Below are positions 63,490-64,000 of a stretch of DNA of 64,000 nt, piece by piece. The notes below the pieces were generated by a model. That model searched no databases. It was not told the origin of the DNA and worked only from the letters and a program-made list of their open reading frames with translations. The stretch is from Callorhinchus milii. Lineage: Eukaryota. The first letter of the stretch is position 1; every line of letters starts with the position of its first letter. Location: assembly GCF_018977255.1 (NCBI RefSeq), contig NW_024704742.1, positions 109,556,001 to 109,620,000 of the forward strand, given 5' to 3'. The position numbers and the translations under genes are program-made.

Positions 63490-64000
63490 GTACAACAGCA
63501 GCAAAATTGCGTGTATAGTGCCTTTCATGTCGGAAGGATGTCCCAAGGAGCTGGACAATCAATGTTTCGGACCTGAGCTGGAGATCGGGGAGGGTGGAGG
63601 GCAGGGGGAAAGGAGGGTAACAGAAGGCACGATTGAATAGGAGGGTCTTGAAATGGGTTTTGAAGGAGGCAAGGGATGGGGCGAGGTGGAGGGACTGTGG
63701 GATGGAGTTCCAGAGAGTGAGGGCAGAGTGGTAGAAGGCACGCCTGCCAATGGTGGGGCGGGTGAGGCAAGGGATGTGAAGTTGGCCGGAGCCCGGAGGG
63801 AGCGGGCAGATTAGTAGGGGGTTAGAAGGTCGGGGGGAGCAAGGCCATGGAGGGCTTTGAAAGTGAGAACCAGGATTTTGAACTGTGTGATGGGAAGCCA
63901 TTGGAGTCAGGCGTGGATGTGAGTGAGAGGGCTGGTGCGGGAGAGGACATGGGCTGCGGAGTTCTGGAAGACCTGCAGCCTTTGGAGGGAGGAGTTGGGG
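63490..64000 (-). mobile_element. L2 3' fragment running off the window end
   Basis: Tail at ~63492; minus frame TLWNSIPQSLHLAPSLASFKTHFKTLLFNRAF. Confidence 0.88.

Noticed and set aside
1160..63560. Recurring palindromic motif gggacgtc...gacgtgaaa.gcgc as a CRISPR-like array
   Set aside because: Dispersed in both orientations at retroposon 3' ends, with no regular spacers or cas genes, in vertebrate DNA.

Overview
Vertebrate genomic DNA. The repeat landscape (L2-clade LINE ends with (GTT)n tails, CR1 ends, Deu-domain SINE relics, an abundant tRNA-derived SINE) suggests a cartilaginous fish, possibly a chimaera; this is inference. The window is almost entirely one + strand gene, the KIAA0825 orthologue. 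I reconstructed 15 coding exons by hand, from the ATG at 174 to the donor after 54936. All have GT-AG boundaries and compatible phases, giving 3320 nt (~1106 codons) of open frame. The 5' UTR exon(s) and the last coding exons lie outside the window. Introns hold dozens of retroposon fragments, often nested, and one 520-bp non-autonomous hAT-type element with TIRs and an 8-bp TSD. Nearly all non-exon ORFs in the track are repeat-derived. I found no evidence of a new protein-coding or prokaryote-style system. The best leads are the hAT element, a modular SINE sharing its tail with the L2 LINE, a SINE tail inside the exon 2 splice acceptor, an inverted young L2 pair bracketing exons 6-11, and several fold-back/template-switch scars. 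Repeat boundaries are approximate, and family names come from recalled consensus sequences, not from searches.
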